From NCBI RefSeq assembly GCF_009914755.1, contig NC_060934.1: a DNA stretch of 64,000 nt, one strand, 5' to 3'. The DNA is from the human T2T-CHM13v2.0 reference genome, Homo sapiens. The position numbers were made by a program, and so were the translations under genes. Positions 18,145 through 36,206 of this stretch are shown here, in pieces; positions within the stretch are counted from its first letter, which is position 1, and the number at the start of each line of letters is the position of its first letter. The notes under the pieces are model-generated. The model saw only the letters and a program-made list of their open reading frames with translations. It was not told the origin of the DNA and did no database searches.

Positions 18145-19429
18145 AAAAAAAAAAAAAAAAATTATTAAAAGTCAGTTCAATTATGTAGTCTTAACTAACT
18201 CTCTGAAACCAAAGAGAGTTTCCTTCCCCAAATTAGATGACATCAGAAACACTGTGAACAAACTACTGAAGATCAGTTTTTATAAGTGGAGGTGCATTTT
18301 GCAGCTGTAAAAAGGGCATAGTCCGGTGAAAAGAGGGATCCATAAGTCATCACATATATAAACAAACCCGAATAGTAAACACCATAAATAAGAGCATGGC
18401 AGTAACTCTTGGAGTATATAATTAACATTATGAATAAGATTAAGTGGCTCTGTGTGCTGAGGTAATGTAAATATCTCCATCAACTCAATCAGACCTAAAT
18501 AATGACTCCAGCATAACTTATCTGGATAAATAAAAGCTCTTATTGTTGTCCTATTCTGACAACTAACTAATCAACACTCATTCACAAAGAGAATATAACT
18601 ATGATTAAATATAAATTCTAGATAGGAAAGATTCATTTTACAACCTTCCCAGCTGATTAGACACATCGGCACGGTCTTGTTACCTACCCCCTTCTCTGAG
18701 GCAGACTTCATCAATCTGGAAAATGAAGGCAGACCACTGATTGGAGGGCAAACCTGAAAAGGATTAAACACTTAGCATGGCATTCTAAAATACTGTAATT
18801 ACAGTGCAATTAAGCATACTGCATATTAAACGTGCAACTCTGAAATGTGTTCAGACTCCCCAATTATAACTAGTTATTCTTCAAAGAATTTTGCCGCCCA
18901 CATTGAATTTCTGTAGTGCTTCTTTGTTATAATTCAGGTGTGACAGTCACTAATATATCTAAAAGGACAGTTAATAAAAAGTAGACATTCTTTACTGTAA
19001 ACCTAACACATGCATGCCAGGTAATACCCAGCCATTAGCACTAATTATCATGTTTCAGACAGGCAGACCTATTATGCAATTGGACTTTGCCCTCTTTAAA
19101 ATATATTTAATGGTCAACTAGGAAGAGACAGTGAGATTGAGGCAAAAGTAAAGGCCTAGGTGGGAATCTAAAAACCTGTATCAGTTCTTGATTTTCCCAA
19201 CTGGGCAAGTAACCTAGCCTTTCGGAGTCTCAATTGGTTCATCTGTCAATTGGGGACCATATCTATCAAGGGTTTGGTGATGACCAAAAGTCCTAACTAA
19301 CAGAACTCTAAAAAATTTTATCACTCTACCCAAAGCTAAGGTGCTACTCCATTATGGGCTCAGATTGTATCACAAAAGAGTGATCAATGGAAAGGGACAG
19401 ACAGAGATGTTTGCAGTCATGGTTCAGGT

Positions 19430-19538
19430 CAGGGATGATCTTCAAAACATCCAACCACAGCCTTAACCAATCAGAAACAAGTCAGCTTTAAGCAACTGGA
19501 ATAGCCTGTAGAGTGCAGACCAGCTGAGGATCACCCTA
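19430..19538. mobile_element. ~110-bp hAT-type MITE
   Basis: Imperfect TIRs cagggatgatcttca / tgaggatcacccta; flanking near-identical ~8-9 bp direct repeats ggttcaggt / ggttcaaggt. Confidence 0.55.
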
Positions 19539-20287
19539 GGTTCAAGGTGGCAAACACTTTTGAAAATAGGATAGAAAATGGCAGAACTTGTTGGAAAAAA
19601 ACAAACAAACAACAACAACAAAAAAAAAAACAAAAAACCTCATAGAATTTTAACCTAGCTTTGTGTTAATGGTAGTAGAGTTTCTATAACAAGGGAGATA
19701 GTGGTGATGCTTGAAATTATTTGTTTAATTATTTGTCATCTTTGCCAGACAGAGCCATAAAGAGAAGGAGTATGTCTGTTTAAACATCTCTATATTCCTA
19801 GCCAGCACAATGACTGGTATAGGACCGCAGTAAATGTTTGTTGAATGAATGAATGGGTAAATGAATGAACAAACAAAGGAATGAACAGATAGTCTAGTAC
19901 TATTCTGCAATAGCTAGACCAATCCAGACATCTACGTTCTAGAAACCATGATTTAAGAGAGGCTTGGATGAAGGAAAGGGGCCACAGTTGAGGAAATTAA
20001 GGGCCATTAGACTAGGTACTGAAAAATTCCATGATGCAATAAGTATCTTAAATGTTTTTCGGTATGAAAATACACATATCAAAATATGTGGGACATAGCT
20101 AAAGTAGCACTGAGAGGGAAATTTATACTGCTAAATGCTTATATTAGAAAATAGGAAAGGTCTGAAATCAATAATCTAAATAATCATCTCAAGAAAATAG
20201 AAAAAGAAGGGCAAATCCAAAGGAAGTGGAAGGAAGGAAATAAGATAGGAACAGAAATAAATGAAACCGAAAACAATAGAGAATATT

Positions 20288-20412
20288 AGCTAGATGTAGT
20301 GGTATGAGCCTGTAGTTTCAGCTACTCAAGAGGCTGAGGCAGGAGAATTGCTTGAGCCCAGGAGTTCAAGGCCATCCTGGGCAACACAGCAAGACCCCAT
20401 GTCTAACAAAAA
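20288..20412 (+). mobile_element. FLAM/Alu monomer
   Basis: Monomer; TSD aacaatagagaatat. Confidence 0.8.
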
Positions 20413-20995
20413 TAGAACGATAACAATAGAGAATATCAATAAAACAAAGCCTTCTTCATTGGAAAACAATCAATAAAACTGATAAACCTCTAGCAAGACT
20501 GAGAAAGATAAAAAGATAAAATATATAAATCATCAGTATCAGGAATAATACAGAAGATTTCACTACAGCCATTAAAATTATAACAGTTTAAACAACTAAT
20601 ATATTAAAAAAGAAATCACGAGAATGACTGGAAATTCTTTCAGATGAATGAAAATAAAATACAATATATAAAAACATATGGATGCAGTGAAAGCAGTGCT
20701 CAGAGGGAAATTCATAGCCTACATTAGCAAAAAATCTTAGGTCAATAATCTAATTGTACACCTTAATTAGCAAGAAAAAGAAGAGCAAACCAAACCCAAA
20801 GTTAGAACAAGTAAGGAAATAATCAATATTAGAGTGCAAATAAATGAAATCGACAATTAGAAGAACAAAATAATTGGTAAAACCAAAAGTTAATTGTTTG
20901 AAAAGATCAACAAAATGGACAAACCTTAGCTAGAATGACTAAAAAAAAAAAGGAGAGAGATTCCATTACTAAAATCAAATATGAAACTGAGAACA

Positions 20996-21310
20996 GGCTG
21001 GGCATGGTGACACAGCCCAGGCTTGGTGGCTCGCACCTGTAATCCCAACACTTTGGGAGGCCAAGGCAGGAGCATCACTTGAGCCCAGGAGTTTGAGGCA
21101 GCCTAGGCAATATAGTAAGACTTCGTCTCTACAAAAAAATAAAAATAAAAATTAGCTGGGTGTGGTGGCACCTGCCTGTAGTCCTAGCTACTGAGGAAGC
21201 TAAGCAGGAGGATCGCTTGAGCCCAAGAGATTGAGGCTGCAGTGATGTCTGATCGCACTCCTGCACTACAGTCTGGGTGACAGAGTGAGATCCTGTCTCA
21301 AAAAAATAAA
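20996..21310 (+). mobile_element. AluJ
   Basis: J-type dimer with rearranged 5' end. Confidence 0.88.
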
Positions 21311-22239
21311 TGGGAACATTATTATTAAGTTTACATAAATAAAAGGATTATAAGGGAATACAATAAACTACTATAAACCAAAATATTAGACAGCCAGGAT
21401 GAAATGGACAAAGTCCTAGAAACACAAACTACCACAACTGACTCAAGAAGAAATAGAAAATCTCAATAGACCTATAACATACAAACAGATTGAATCAATA
21501 ACCAAAAGTCACCACAAATCACCCAACAAAAAACAAGCTGAGGATTAAATGACTTCATTGGTGAATTCTACTGAACATCTGAAGAAGAATTAACACTAAT
21601 CTTTTTCAAATACTTCAAAAAAATAGAAGAGGAGGAAATACATCCTGACTCATTCCATGAAGCCAGCATTACCTTGACACCAAGCCAGACAAAGACAATG
21701 CAAGAAAAGAAACTGCAGACCAATATCCCTTATGAACACAGAAGCAAAAATCCTCGACAAAATACTAGTATACCAAATCCAGAAGCTCATTAGAATAATT
21801 ATACATGATGATAAAGCAGATTCATCCCAGGAATGCACAGGTAGTTCAACATAGGAAATACAATCAATATAATATACCACATTAGTAGAATAGAGAGGAG
21901 GAACCATATGATCTCAATTGATCTAGTAAAAGCCTTTGACAAAACCCAACACCCTTTCATGATAAAAAAAAAAATTCACTATTCTAGTGATAACAGGGAA
22001 TTTCCTCAACAGGTTAAAGGACATTCATGAAAGACCTACAACTGACTTCATATACTCAATGGTGAAATATTGAAAGATTTCCCACTGTAATCAGAACAAG
22101 ACATGGATGATAGCTTTTACTACTTCTATTCAACGTTGCACTGGAAATCCTAGACAGAATAATTAGGCAAGAAAAAGAAATAAAAGTCATCCAAATTGGA
22201 AAGGCAGAAGTAAAACTACCTTTATTTTCAAATGACATA

Positions 22240-22242
<3 letters not shown>

Positions 22243-22296
<54 letters not shown>
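22243..22296. repeat. (AT)27 microsatellite
   Basis: Uninterrupted AT run. Confidence 0.98.
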
Positions 22297-22300
<4 letters not shown>

Positions 22301-23012
22301 AAGCCTAAGGAATACACAAAGAAAATTTCTAGAGCTAATAAACAAATTCACCAAAAATCTATCATAAAAAAATAAACATGTAAAAATCTATTGAATTACT
22401 ATAAACTAGCAATAAGTAATTTAAGAAGAAATGTTTTAAAATTCCTTTTATAATAGCATCAAAAGGATCAAAATACTTAGGAATAAATTTACCCAAGGAG
22501 ATGTAAGATTTGTATACTAAAAATGATAAAACATTACTAAAAGAAAATTTTAAAACCTAAATAAATGAGAAGACAATCCATGTTCATGTACTAGAAGACT
22601 TACTATTGTTAAGATGGCAGTGTTCCCCAAAGCTATCTATATATTCAATGCAATCCCTAGCAAAATTCCAATGGCATTTTTTTGCAGAAATAGAGAAGCC
22701 ATTCTAAAATACATATGAAATGGCACAGGACCCCAGATAGCCAAAACAATCTTGAATAAGAAAAACAAAGTTGGAGGACTCACACTTCCCAATTTCCTAA
22801 CTTACTACAAAGCTACAGTAAGAAAAAAAATTGAAACTGGTATAAGGATGGATATATAGATCGATGGAATAGAATTGAAAGGCAAAAAATAAAACCATAT
22901 GTCTATAGTCAAGTGATTTTTGACAAGTGTTCTAAGATCCTTCAATGGGGAAAGAAAAGTCAACAAGAGATGCTGAAACAACTGGATATCCACATGTAAA
23001 AGAATTAAGTTG

Positions 23013-23356
<344 letters not shown>

Positions 23357-24694
23357 TTACGTGACCCCTCATAGCATTTACAAATATTAACTCAAAATGG
23401 ATCAAATACCTAAATATAAGAGCCTAAACTATAAAAGAAGTTTTATGGAAGAAAGAAGTATTCATAGCAGAAAGAATAGTAATGATCTTTAGAATCTTCA
23501 GATTAGAAATGATTTCATAGATAGGACATGAAAAGCACAAACAACAAAAGAAAAAATAGATAAACTTGACTTGGTCAAAATTAAAATATTTTGTGCTTCA
23601 AAGGACACTATTAAGAGAGTGAAAAGAAGACTCACAGAATGGGGGAAAATATTTATGGAGTATATATCTAATAATGGTCTAATAACTAGAATATATAATA
23701 CTTTTATAACTAAACAACAAAAAGACAAACAACTCAATTTAAAAATGGGGAAAGGACTTGAATAGATGTTTCTCCAAAGATGATATACAAATGGCTTACA
23801 AACATATGAAAAGATACTCAACATCATTAGTCATCAGGGAAATTCAAAATAAAACTACAATGAGATACTATTTCATACCCACTAGGATGACTATTATTTT
23901 AAAAATGGGAAGTGTTGGCAAGGATGTGGAGACATTGGAACCCTCACGCATTGCTAGTGAGAACATGAAATGGTGCACATACTGTGGAAAACAGTTTGGT
24001 AGTTCCTTTAAAAATTAAACATAGAATTACCACATGACTCAGCAATTCCACTCCTAAGTGTATACCCACAAAAAGTGAAAGTGTCAAACAAAAACCAGTA
24101 TAAGAATATTCATAGCAGCACTATTCACAATAATCAAAAGGTAGAAACAAACCAAATGTCCACCAACAAATGAAATAAATGTGGTATATACATATAATAG
24201 AATATTATTCATCCATAAAAGAAACATAGTATGATACATGCTACAATATGGATGAATCTTGAAAACATTATGCCAAGTGAAAGAAGCTAAACCCAAAAGG
24301 CTACATATTGCATGATTTCATTCACATAAAATATCGAGTAGGAAAATTCACACAGATAGCAGATTAGTGATTGCCAGTGCAAACTAGAAATACTAAGCCC
24401 CTCACCAATTGAATGGATCCCTGCTTAGCCAGGGAATCCCAGAGAAATTGAATTCCCTGCCACCATGGAAGGGAGGTTGGACACGTTTCATTTACCCCTG
24501 ACCTTTTGGAGTTTAGACACAACAACTGACCAGCATTAATGTTAAAATAGAGATCATAAGACTGACAAAACTGATTCTTTATGGCAATAAGATACCAAAT
24601 TATAAGCAAAACCTAAGGCCATGCAAGTCATGCCTGTAGGACATCAATCTTGCTAAACAGGTCTGTTTCATCCAGTATATTGTGCTGACTCTGA

Positions 24695-25009
<315 letters not shown>

Positions 25010-25229
25010 AGCATTCTTATCTTAACTTAAATATTTCTTTCTGCTGACTTCAAGGTATAGACAGAGCCTTACTCCTTTAACTGCAAATTAAAGAATCTCT
25101 GAATCCACCTATAGCGTGTAAGACTCCGCTTCAAGATATCCCACCTTTTCAGGACAAAGCAATATATATCTTCCATATATTGATTTATGTCTTTGCCTAT
25201 AACTCCTACCTCCCTGAAATGTATAAAAC

Positions 25230-25592
25230 TGTATTCGTCTGTTTTCACACTGCTATAAAGAACTACCTGAGACTGAGTAATTTATGAGGAAAAGAGACTT
25301 AATTGACTCACAGTTCCACATGGTTGGGGAGGCCTCAGGAAACTTAAAATCATGGCAGAAGATGAAAGGGAAGCAAGGCACGTCTTACATGGCAGCAGGA
25401 GAGAGAAACAGCAAGAAAAGCCAGACACTTCTAAACCATCGAATCTCGTGAGAACTCACTCACTATCATGAGAACAGCATGAAGGAAACCACCCCCATGA
25501 TCCAATCACCTCCCACTAAGTCCCTCCCCTGACACATGGGGATTACAATTCAAGACGAGATTTGGGTGAGGACACAGAGCCCAACCATATCA
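25230..25592 (-). mobile_element. MaLR THE1/MST-like solo LTR
   Basis: tgtattcgtctgttttcacactgctataaagaactacctgagactg...gacacagagcccaaccatatca, ~363 bp. Confidence 0.9.
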
Positions 25593-25887
25593 ACTGTAAT
25601 TTGACCACCTTGGTATCCCTTACTCAAGGCTTCTTGGGTTTGTGTTTTTCCTGAGCCACAGTCACTTATACTGGCTCAGAATAAACCTCTTTAAAATATT
25701 CTACAGACTTTGGTTTTTCCATTAACACCAGGGTTGAAGAGGAAGGGGAAATAGAGAGTGCCTGGTTAATGGGTATGGGGTTTCCTTTTAGAGTGATGAA
25801 ATTATTCTGGAACCAGATAGTGGTGCTTGTTGCACAACACTGTGAGTTTACTAAATGCTACTGAAATCTACACTTAAAAATGGTTAA

Positions 25888-26175
25888 GACTGGGTGCAGT
25901 GGCTTGCACCTGTAATTCCAGCTACTTGGGAAGCTAAAGTGGGAGGATTGCATGAGGCCAGGAGTTCAAGACCAGCCTGGGCAACATAGCACAGCCCTGT
26001 CTTTAAACAAATATTTTAAATTAGCCAGGGATCGTGGTATGCATCAGTAGTCCTAGCTACTCAGGAGGCTGACGCAGGAGGATCACTTCAACTCAAGAGT
26101 TCCAGACTGCAGAGAGCTGTGGTCATGCCACTGTACTACAGCCTGAGCGACAGAGCAAGACCCTGTCTCTAAGTA
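25888..26175 (+). mobile_element. AluJ
   Basis: Diverged dimer; TSD aatggttaa. Confidence 0.88.
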
Positions 26176-26829
26176 GAGAGAAAAATAATGGTTAAAAGGG
26201 TAAATTGTATGCTATGTATGTTTTACTGTAATTTTTTAAGCCAAAAGAGATAATATGGGAATACTATGAACTTAGAGAAAATGGACCGATTCCTCAAATA
26301 CCACAAGTTACCAAAACTTAACTGAGAGGAAACAGACAGCCTGAATAGTCCTATAACCATCAAAGAAGTTGAATTGTAATTAAAAACCTGAAAAAGAAAT
26401 TTCCAGGCCCAGATAGCTTCACTAGAAAATCCTACAAAACATATAAAGAATTAACACAAATTTTACACAATATTTTCAAGAAAGTAAAAGATGAAGGAAC
26501 ACTTACCAACTCAATGTATGAGGTTAGTATTACCCTGATACCAAACCAAAGACAATACAAAAAAGAAAATTACAGATCAATATTTTTCATCAGTATAGAC
26601 ATAACAATCCTCAACAAAATATTAGCAAATCAAATGAAGCAATGTATAAAAAGAATTATACAGCACAACCAAGTATTTATTTCAGGTATGCAAGTTTAGT
26701 TCAACATTCAAAAATCAATCAATGTAATGGTCCACCCTATCAATGGGCTGAAGGAGAAAATTCATGGGATTGATTGATTCAGAAAAAGTATTTGACAAAA
26801 TCCAATACTCATCCATGATAAGAACTCTT

Positions 26830-27156
<327 letters not shown>

Positions 27157-27495
27157 CCCTTAGCAAACTAAGAACAGAGTAACTTTCTCAAGTTGATAAA
27201 AGCATCTATAAAAATCCTACAGATGAAAGACTGAATGCTTTTGGTCTAAATTCTGGAACAAAATAAAGATGTTCACTCTCATCACTTCAATTCAGCATAG
27301 TACTGGAAGTTCTAGCTACCACAATGAGGTAAGAAAAATAGTAAAAGGCATACCAATTGGAAAGGAAGAAATAAACTGCCCCCATTTGCAGAGAACATGA
27401 CTGTTTACATAGAAAATCTCAAGAAATCTAGAATCAAAAAAAATCTAGAACTAATAAATGGGTTCAGCAATGTAGCAGGAAAACAAGATCAACTC

Positions 27496-30547
<3,052 letters not shown>

Positions 30548-30549
30548 TA

Positions 30550-30760
30550 TATATTGTGATTTTTCATTTTAAAATGTTATTTATGCTAACACATAGTGGG
30601 TTTATTGTTGTTAGGCTTAATGACATGAAATAAATATTTTTTAAATATCTACTTTAATTTCTAATAGGGTAAATGTTGATAGATATAAAAGGAAGCTCTT
30701 TGTGGGTCTTCAATAATTTTTAAGAATGGTGTACCGAGCCAAACAGTTTGAGAACCGCTT
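30550..30760. mobile_element. hAT-Charlie-like DNA transposon end
   Basis: aagctctttgtgggtcttcaataatttttaaga...aaacagtttgagaaccgct resembles a Charlie terminus. Confidence 0.6.
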
Positions 30761-31427
30761 CTCTCCCTTAAGGTCAATAAATTTAGAATTATTTCTTCAT
30801 TCATGGCAAGGCATAAGTAATTACATGTAACTAGGAACTCAGATGACTTCAAAGAATTAATAAACAGAGCAACTAAAATGTAATGTCTTTCCACCCTTGT
30901 TTACCTATATAGAAGCTGTCTATAGTAGGTCAACCAAGAAAACAAACCAGAAGTGTGTACAATACACAAGAACTTCACCTTGAGTAGATAACATGGAATA
31001 CAAAAGGAATCAAATTTCAACCAGATGATACTATCTTCATGATGACTGTACCATCTTGAAGTTGGTTTCATAGCCTAATAGTTCATTCAGGAATTAATGT
31101 TACAGAAAACTTGTGGTATTTTAAACTACTTATGGTCGGAAAAGCGAGAGGAAAGAAATCTTAGGAAGAGTAGCAACTCTGACAAAAACCTAATGTAGTA
31201 CAGTGCCTAAAACAGTATATATCTGCCTAGATGATTCTGTTAAAGACCTTGGTTTCTAATTTAAACAGCAGTAACAATTAATGCTGAACTGGTATAGGAA
31301 TCCAATTGGGAAGAAACAACAACACATTTTTAAGCAAAATGGTCCACCTTTGCTGGCAATGTTCATATTTTGTTGATACACCATTATTATGCATAGTTAA
31401 GACAAGTCTACTGTTACTATAGCCTGA

Positions 31428-31758
<331 letters not shown>

Positions 31759-31767
31759 ATCACATAG

Positions 31768-32210
<443 letters not shown>

Positions 32211-32774
32211 TGATTCTCTTTCTGAATTGAAATGTAGGTAGAGTATAATGGCATTTCATGGGTTTGCTTCAGGTTTAAATGATCTCCAAACATTATTTAT
32301 CTTTTGCATTGCTATTAACCTCAAAAAAGGGTCAGATAGGTTCTGCTAAGGAATTTCAGCTCTCCCTCCAGAAGAATTACTTTCCCTTCCAGTCACTGTG
32401 GCCTGATCAAATTATTTGCATAACATTTCACATTAGTCTTTTAATTAAACTTTGTATACTTAACAAAATAACCTGATTAAAAAGGAAACACTAACAGTAA
32501 AGGAGGAAATAAATCTTAGAACTTTTCAGCTAGGAAGAGAATGATATGATTTATAGGTAAAAGTGAATTTACCCTACAGTGAAAAACATTTTTTGACCAT
32601 ACATTTTAAGTATCATTAGTTTAAAAAGTTCAAGATACAAAAGATCCTGAGTATTGTGTGTCTTGCTCAACTGACACAGAATTCCCATTGGGAATCTCAC
32701 AAGTAAGAAATTGGACATCAATGAATTAGCTTACATTTTGAGGATCTTATTGAGGAGCTCCTCCTAGAATTCTA

Positions 32775-33003
32775 GGCTAGATACTATGCTATAATTGTAG
32801 GAGCACAGGTTTTGGGTCACAAAGCCCTAGTTCAAATGTCAGCAAGGCCATTTATCAGGTTACCTTCCTCAGCCTCAGTTACCTTTACTCTAAAATGCAC
32901 ATAATAATAATACCCAGTTTATAGGTTTATTGTGAAAATTAAATGAGACATTGTAATGTGTTATGACATGGTAGGTATTCAACAAAGGGTAACTATTATT
33001 ATT
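32775..33003 (+). mobile_element. MIR
   Basis: cctagttcaaat...cctcagtt...taaaatg..ataataata..ttgtgaaaattaaatgaga. Confidence 0.7.
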
Positions 33004-33022
33004 AGATTCTTTTGTATAACTC

Positions 33023-33243
33023 ATAGGTTAATGTTGATAGATATAAAGGGAAGCTCTTTGTGGGTCTTCAATAATTTTTAAGAATGGTGTACTGAGCCAA
33101 ACAGTTTGAGAGCTGCTTCTTCCCCTTATGGTCAATAAATTTAGAATTATTTCTTCATTCATGGCAAGGCATAGGTAATTACTTAGAATTATTTCTTCAT
33201 TCATGGCAAGGCATAGGTAATTACATGTAACTAAGAACTCAGA
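33023..33243 (+). repeat. Dispersed copy of 30664-30843 containing a 42-bp tandem duplication
   Basis: Direct alignment: ~9 substitutions over ~172 bp. Confidence 0.95.
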
Positions 33244-34675
33244 CGGTACCTACAGGAAAGAGAATGTAAGATCAGCAGGCTTTAAGTTGAGTGACTGGAA
33301 TTCACTGGATAATACTAACCATAAATGGAGATGGCTTTGTAAACCGCAGAAGGGAAGTTTTCACAAACATATCAATCTCTTTGCAATCTATGGATTCTTT
33401 TCCCTCCCCTAATTTAAACCTTTTACTGACTCATCCTATTATTGTCTCCCATTCCTACATTCACCCTTTTCTATTCCACACGATAATATCATGGCTAGGA
33501 ATCTGTAAACTACATTTCCTGTTAGCCTTTACTAACAGGAAGCATTGGCAGGAGGGTAAAAGGCAGGAAGAGGAGGAAAGCCCCCATCCCTTCAGATAGC
33601 GACTTTAGAAGTGAAGTGGATCTGTCCTTTGGTGATCCCAGTTTCAGCACCAGGCCCTCTGCTCCACGGTTTCACCACGTGCTCCAAGAGTCACTTTGGG
33701 CACTCCCAGGTTCTAAGAATATCATCAGTCCAATGGTGTGGAAAATGCTTCCTGTAGTATTAATATCAGGTTATCTCAATGGGCATGCATTGCTCTCTCA
33801 GCCACCTAGTACATGTGTTAGCCAATTCCCTGTATTAAATTCATTTTATTGAAATTTCTAGAGAGATTTCTGTTTTCCTTATGTGCCCTTAATTGATATA
33901 GCTTCCTATTGCTCTTGAGAAAAATGCAAAGCCCTTGGTGTGGCATTAAGATCCTACATGATCTTGTCCCAACTACCCCCAGGCCTCATCTACTGACCCT
34001 CTTTCCTTGAATGTTCAAGGTCTTTTTATTCCTTATAATACTCCAATCTTGCCTCATTGTATTCCTACATTTGGTGCCTTTTCTCTAACCACTCTTCCTT
34101 ACACCATTCACCTGGCAATTTGTATTCATTCTTCAGTTCTCCACTGCAATGTTACTTTTTCAAAGGCCTTTCTTGATATCCCCAAATCCAACTTTTAACT
34201 TTTTTTCTAAACAAGAACTAAACTAAGATAAAAGCTATAATATACTTTTCACCATATTCCCTAAAATAAAAAAAGTAACACCAAAAGTATCACTTCGGAA
34301 TAAAGGATGGTCCTTTAAACTGAATAACTTTATGAAAACTTCTCTCTGGTGTGCTCATTTCCCCCTTTACAGCAAGTCTCATTGAGCACTGGCGTTAAGA
34401 AACTGTGAAACTAGAAGCTGGAAAGTCATATATTCTTATTCAATTTTCAGTGAACTAGATAAAACAAATGTTTCAACTCAAAGCTGGCCTCAAAAGTAGA
34501 TGCTCCAACCATGAGTTTGCTGTGGCTACCAATTGGGCACTGTGATATTGAGACCATCCTTGGGCTACATTTGCAAAGGTTACAAGGAACCAAGAAAGGG
34601 AGTTTAATCCAACTCTTCATACCCACTCTCAGACACATTGGCTGTATCTTGCCTCTCACTAGAAATGTACGTTCA

Positions 34676-35032
<357 letters not shown>

Positions 35033-35328
35033 TCACCATTATTGCCCAAAGTCCCACACAACTGTGGTGTTCAGAAGAAAGCCAGCGATCTAAATTGAAC
35101 CTTACTGTCTGTTCTTTGGGATAATTCCGTTAGCCTCATTAGGAGTCTCTGAAACAGGGTTTCTGAAGCTGAACTATGCAAATTGTTGCCTCCCTCTTCT
35201 GTGAAAAGGTTTCTTTCGGGAGGCTCTCTGATTCCTTTCTTACTCATTTACACCTCTCCCAGAGCTTGCTTCTTTTTGGTTCTGCTGATACTAGCACATG
35301 CTTATCACCTCACTTAAGAAAGGTGGAC

Positions 35329-35645
35329 TACATCATTCTCAGCAAACTAACACAGGAACAGAAAACCAAACACCACATGTTCTCACTCATAAGTGGGAGT
35401 TGAACAATGAGAACACATGGACACAGGGAAGGGAACATCACACACTGGGGCCTGTAGGGAGGTTGGGGGCAAGGGGAAGGAGAGCATTAGGACAAATACC
35501 TAAGGCATGTGGGGCTTCAAACCTAGATGACGGGTTGATAAGTGTAGAAAACCACCATGGCATGTGTGTAATTATGTAACAAACCTGGACATTCTGCACA
35601 TGTATCCCAGAACTTAAAGTAACATTAAAAAACAAGAAAAGAAAA
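35329..35645 (+). mobile_element. L1PA (PA7-10-like) 3'-end fragment
   Basis: IILSKLTQEQKTKHHMFSLISGS then 3'UTR to cagaacttaaagta; TSD aagaaa(g/a)gtg. Confidence 0.9.
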
Positions 35646-35706
35646 GTGTGTTAATGGAGAGCATCCATCAAACAGCTTCCACATCTCCCTAAGAAAAGAA
35701 ATATTA

Positions 35707-36010
35707 GGCTGGGTGTGGTGGCTCATGCCTGTAGTCCCAGCATTTTGAGAGGCCGAGGCCTGTAATCCCAGCACTTTGGGAGGCCGAGGCAAGTGGATTG
35801 CTTGAGGTCAGGAGTTTGAGACCAGCCTGACCAACATGGTGAAACCCCCTCTCTACCAAAAATACAAAAATTAGCCGGGCATGGTGGCAGCTGCCTGTAA
35901 TCCTAGCTACTCAGGACGCTGAGGCATGAGAATTACTTGAACCTAAGAGATGAAGGTTGCAGTGAACCAAGATAGCACCACTGCAGTCTAGCCTGGGCAA
36001 CAAAGCGAGA
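35707..36010 (+). mobile_element. AluS with 31-bp internal duplication
   Basis: gcctgta(g/a)tcccagca(t/c)tttg(a/g)gaggccgag twice (35727, 35758). Confidence 0.9.
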
Positions 36011-36034
36011 GAGAGAGAGAGAGAGATGAAAGAA

Positions 36035-36089
<55 letters not shown>

Positions 36090-36198
36090 GAAGGAAGGAA
36101 GGAAGGAAGGAAGGAAGGAAGGAAGGAAGGAAGGAAGGAAAGGAGGGAGGGAGGGAGGGAGGGAGGTGGGGAGGGGAAGGGAGGGGAGGGGAGGGGGG
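36007..36198 (+). repeat. Compound polypurine microsatellite (GA)n(GAAA)n(GGAA)13(GGGA)n
   Basis: Direct reading. Confidence 0.97.
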
Positions 36199-36206
36199 AA
36201 AAATTA

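Noticed and set aside
30903-31071. Short minus-strand ORF (MKPTSRWYSHHEDS...)
   Set aside because: About 56 codons, weak acceptor, no homology I can recognise.
33141-33224. CRISPR-like array from short direct repeats (also 45891-45951, 48626-48690)
   Set aside because: Only two copies each, no repeat-spacer series, eukaryotic context, no cas genes.
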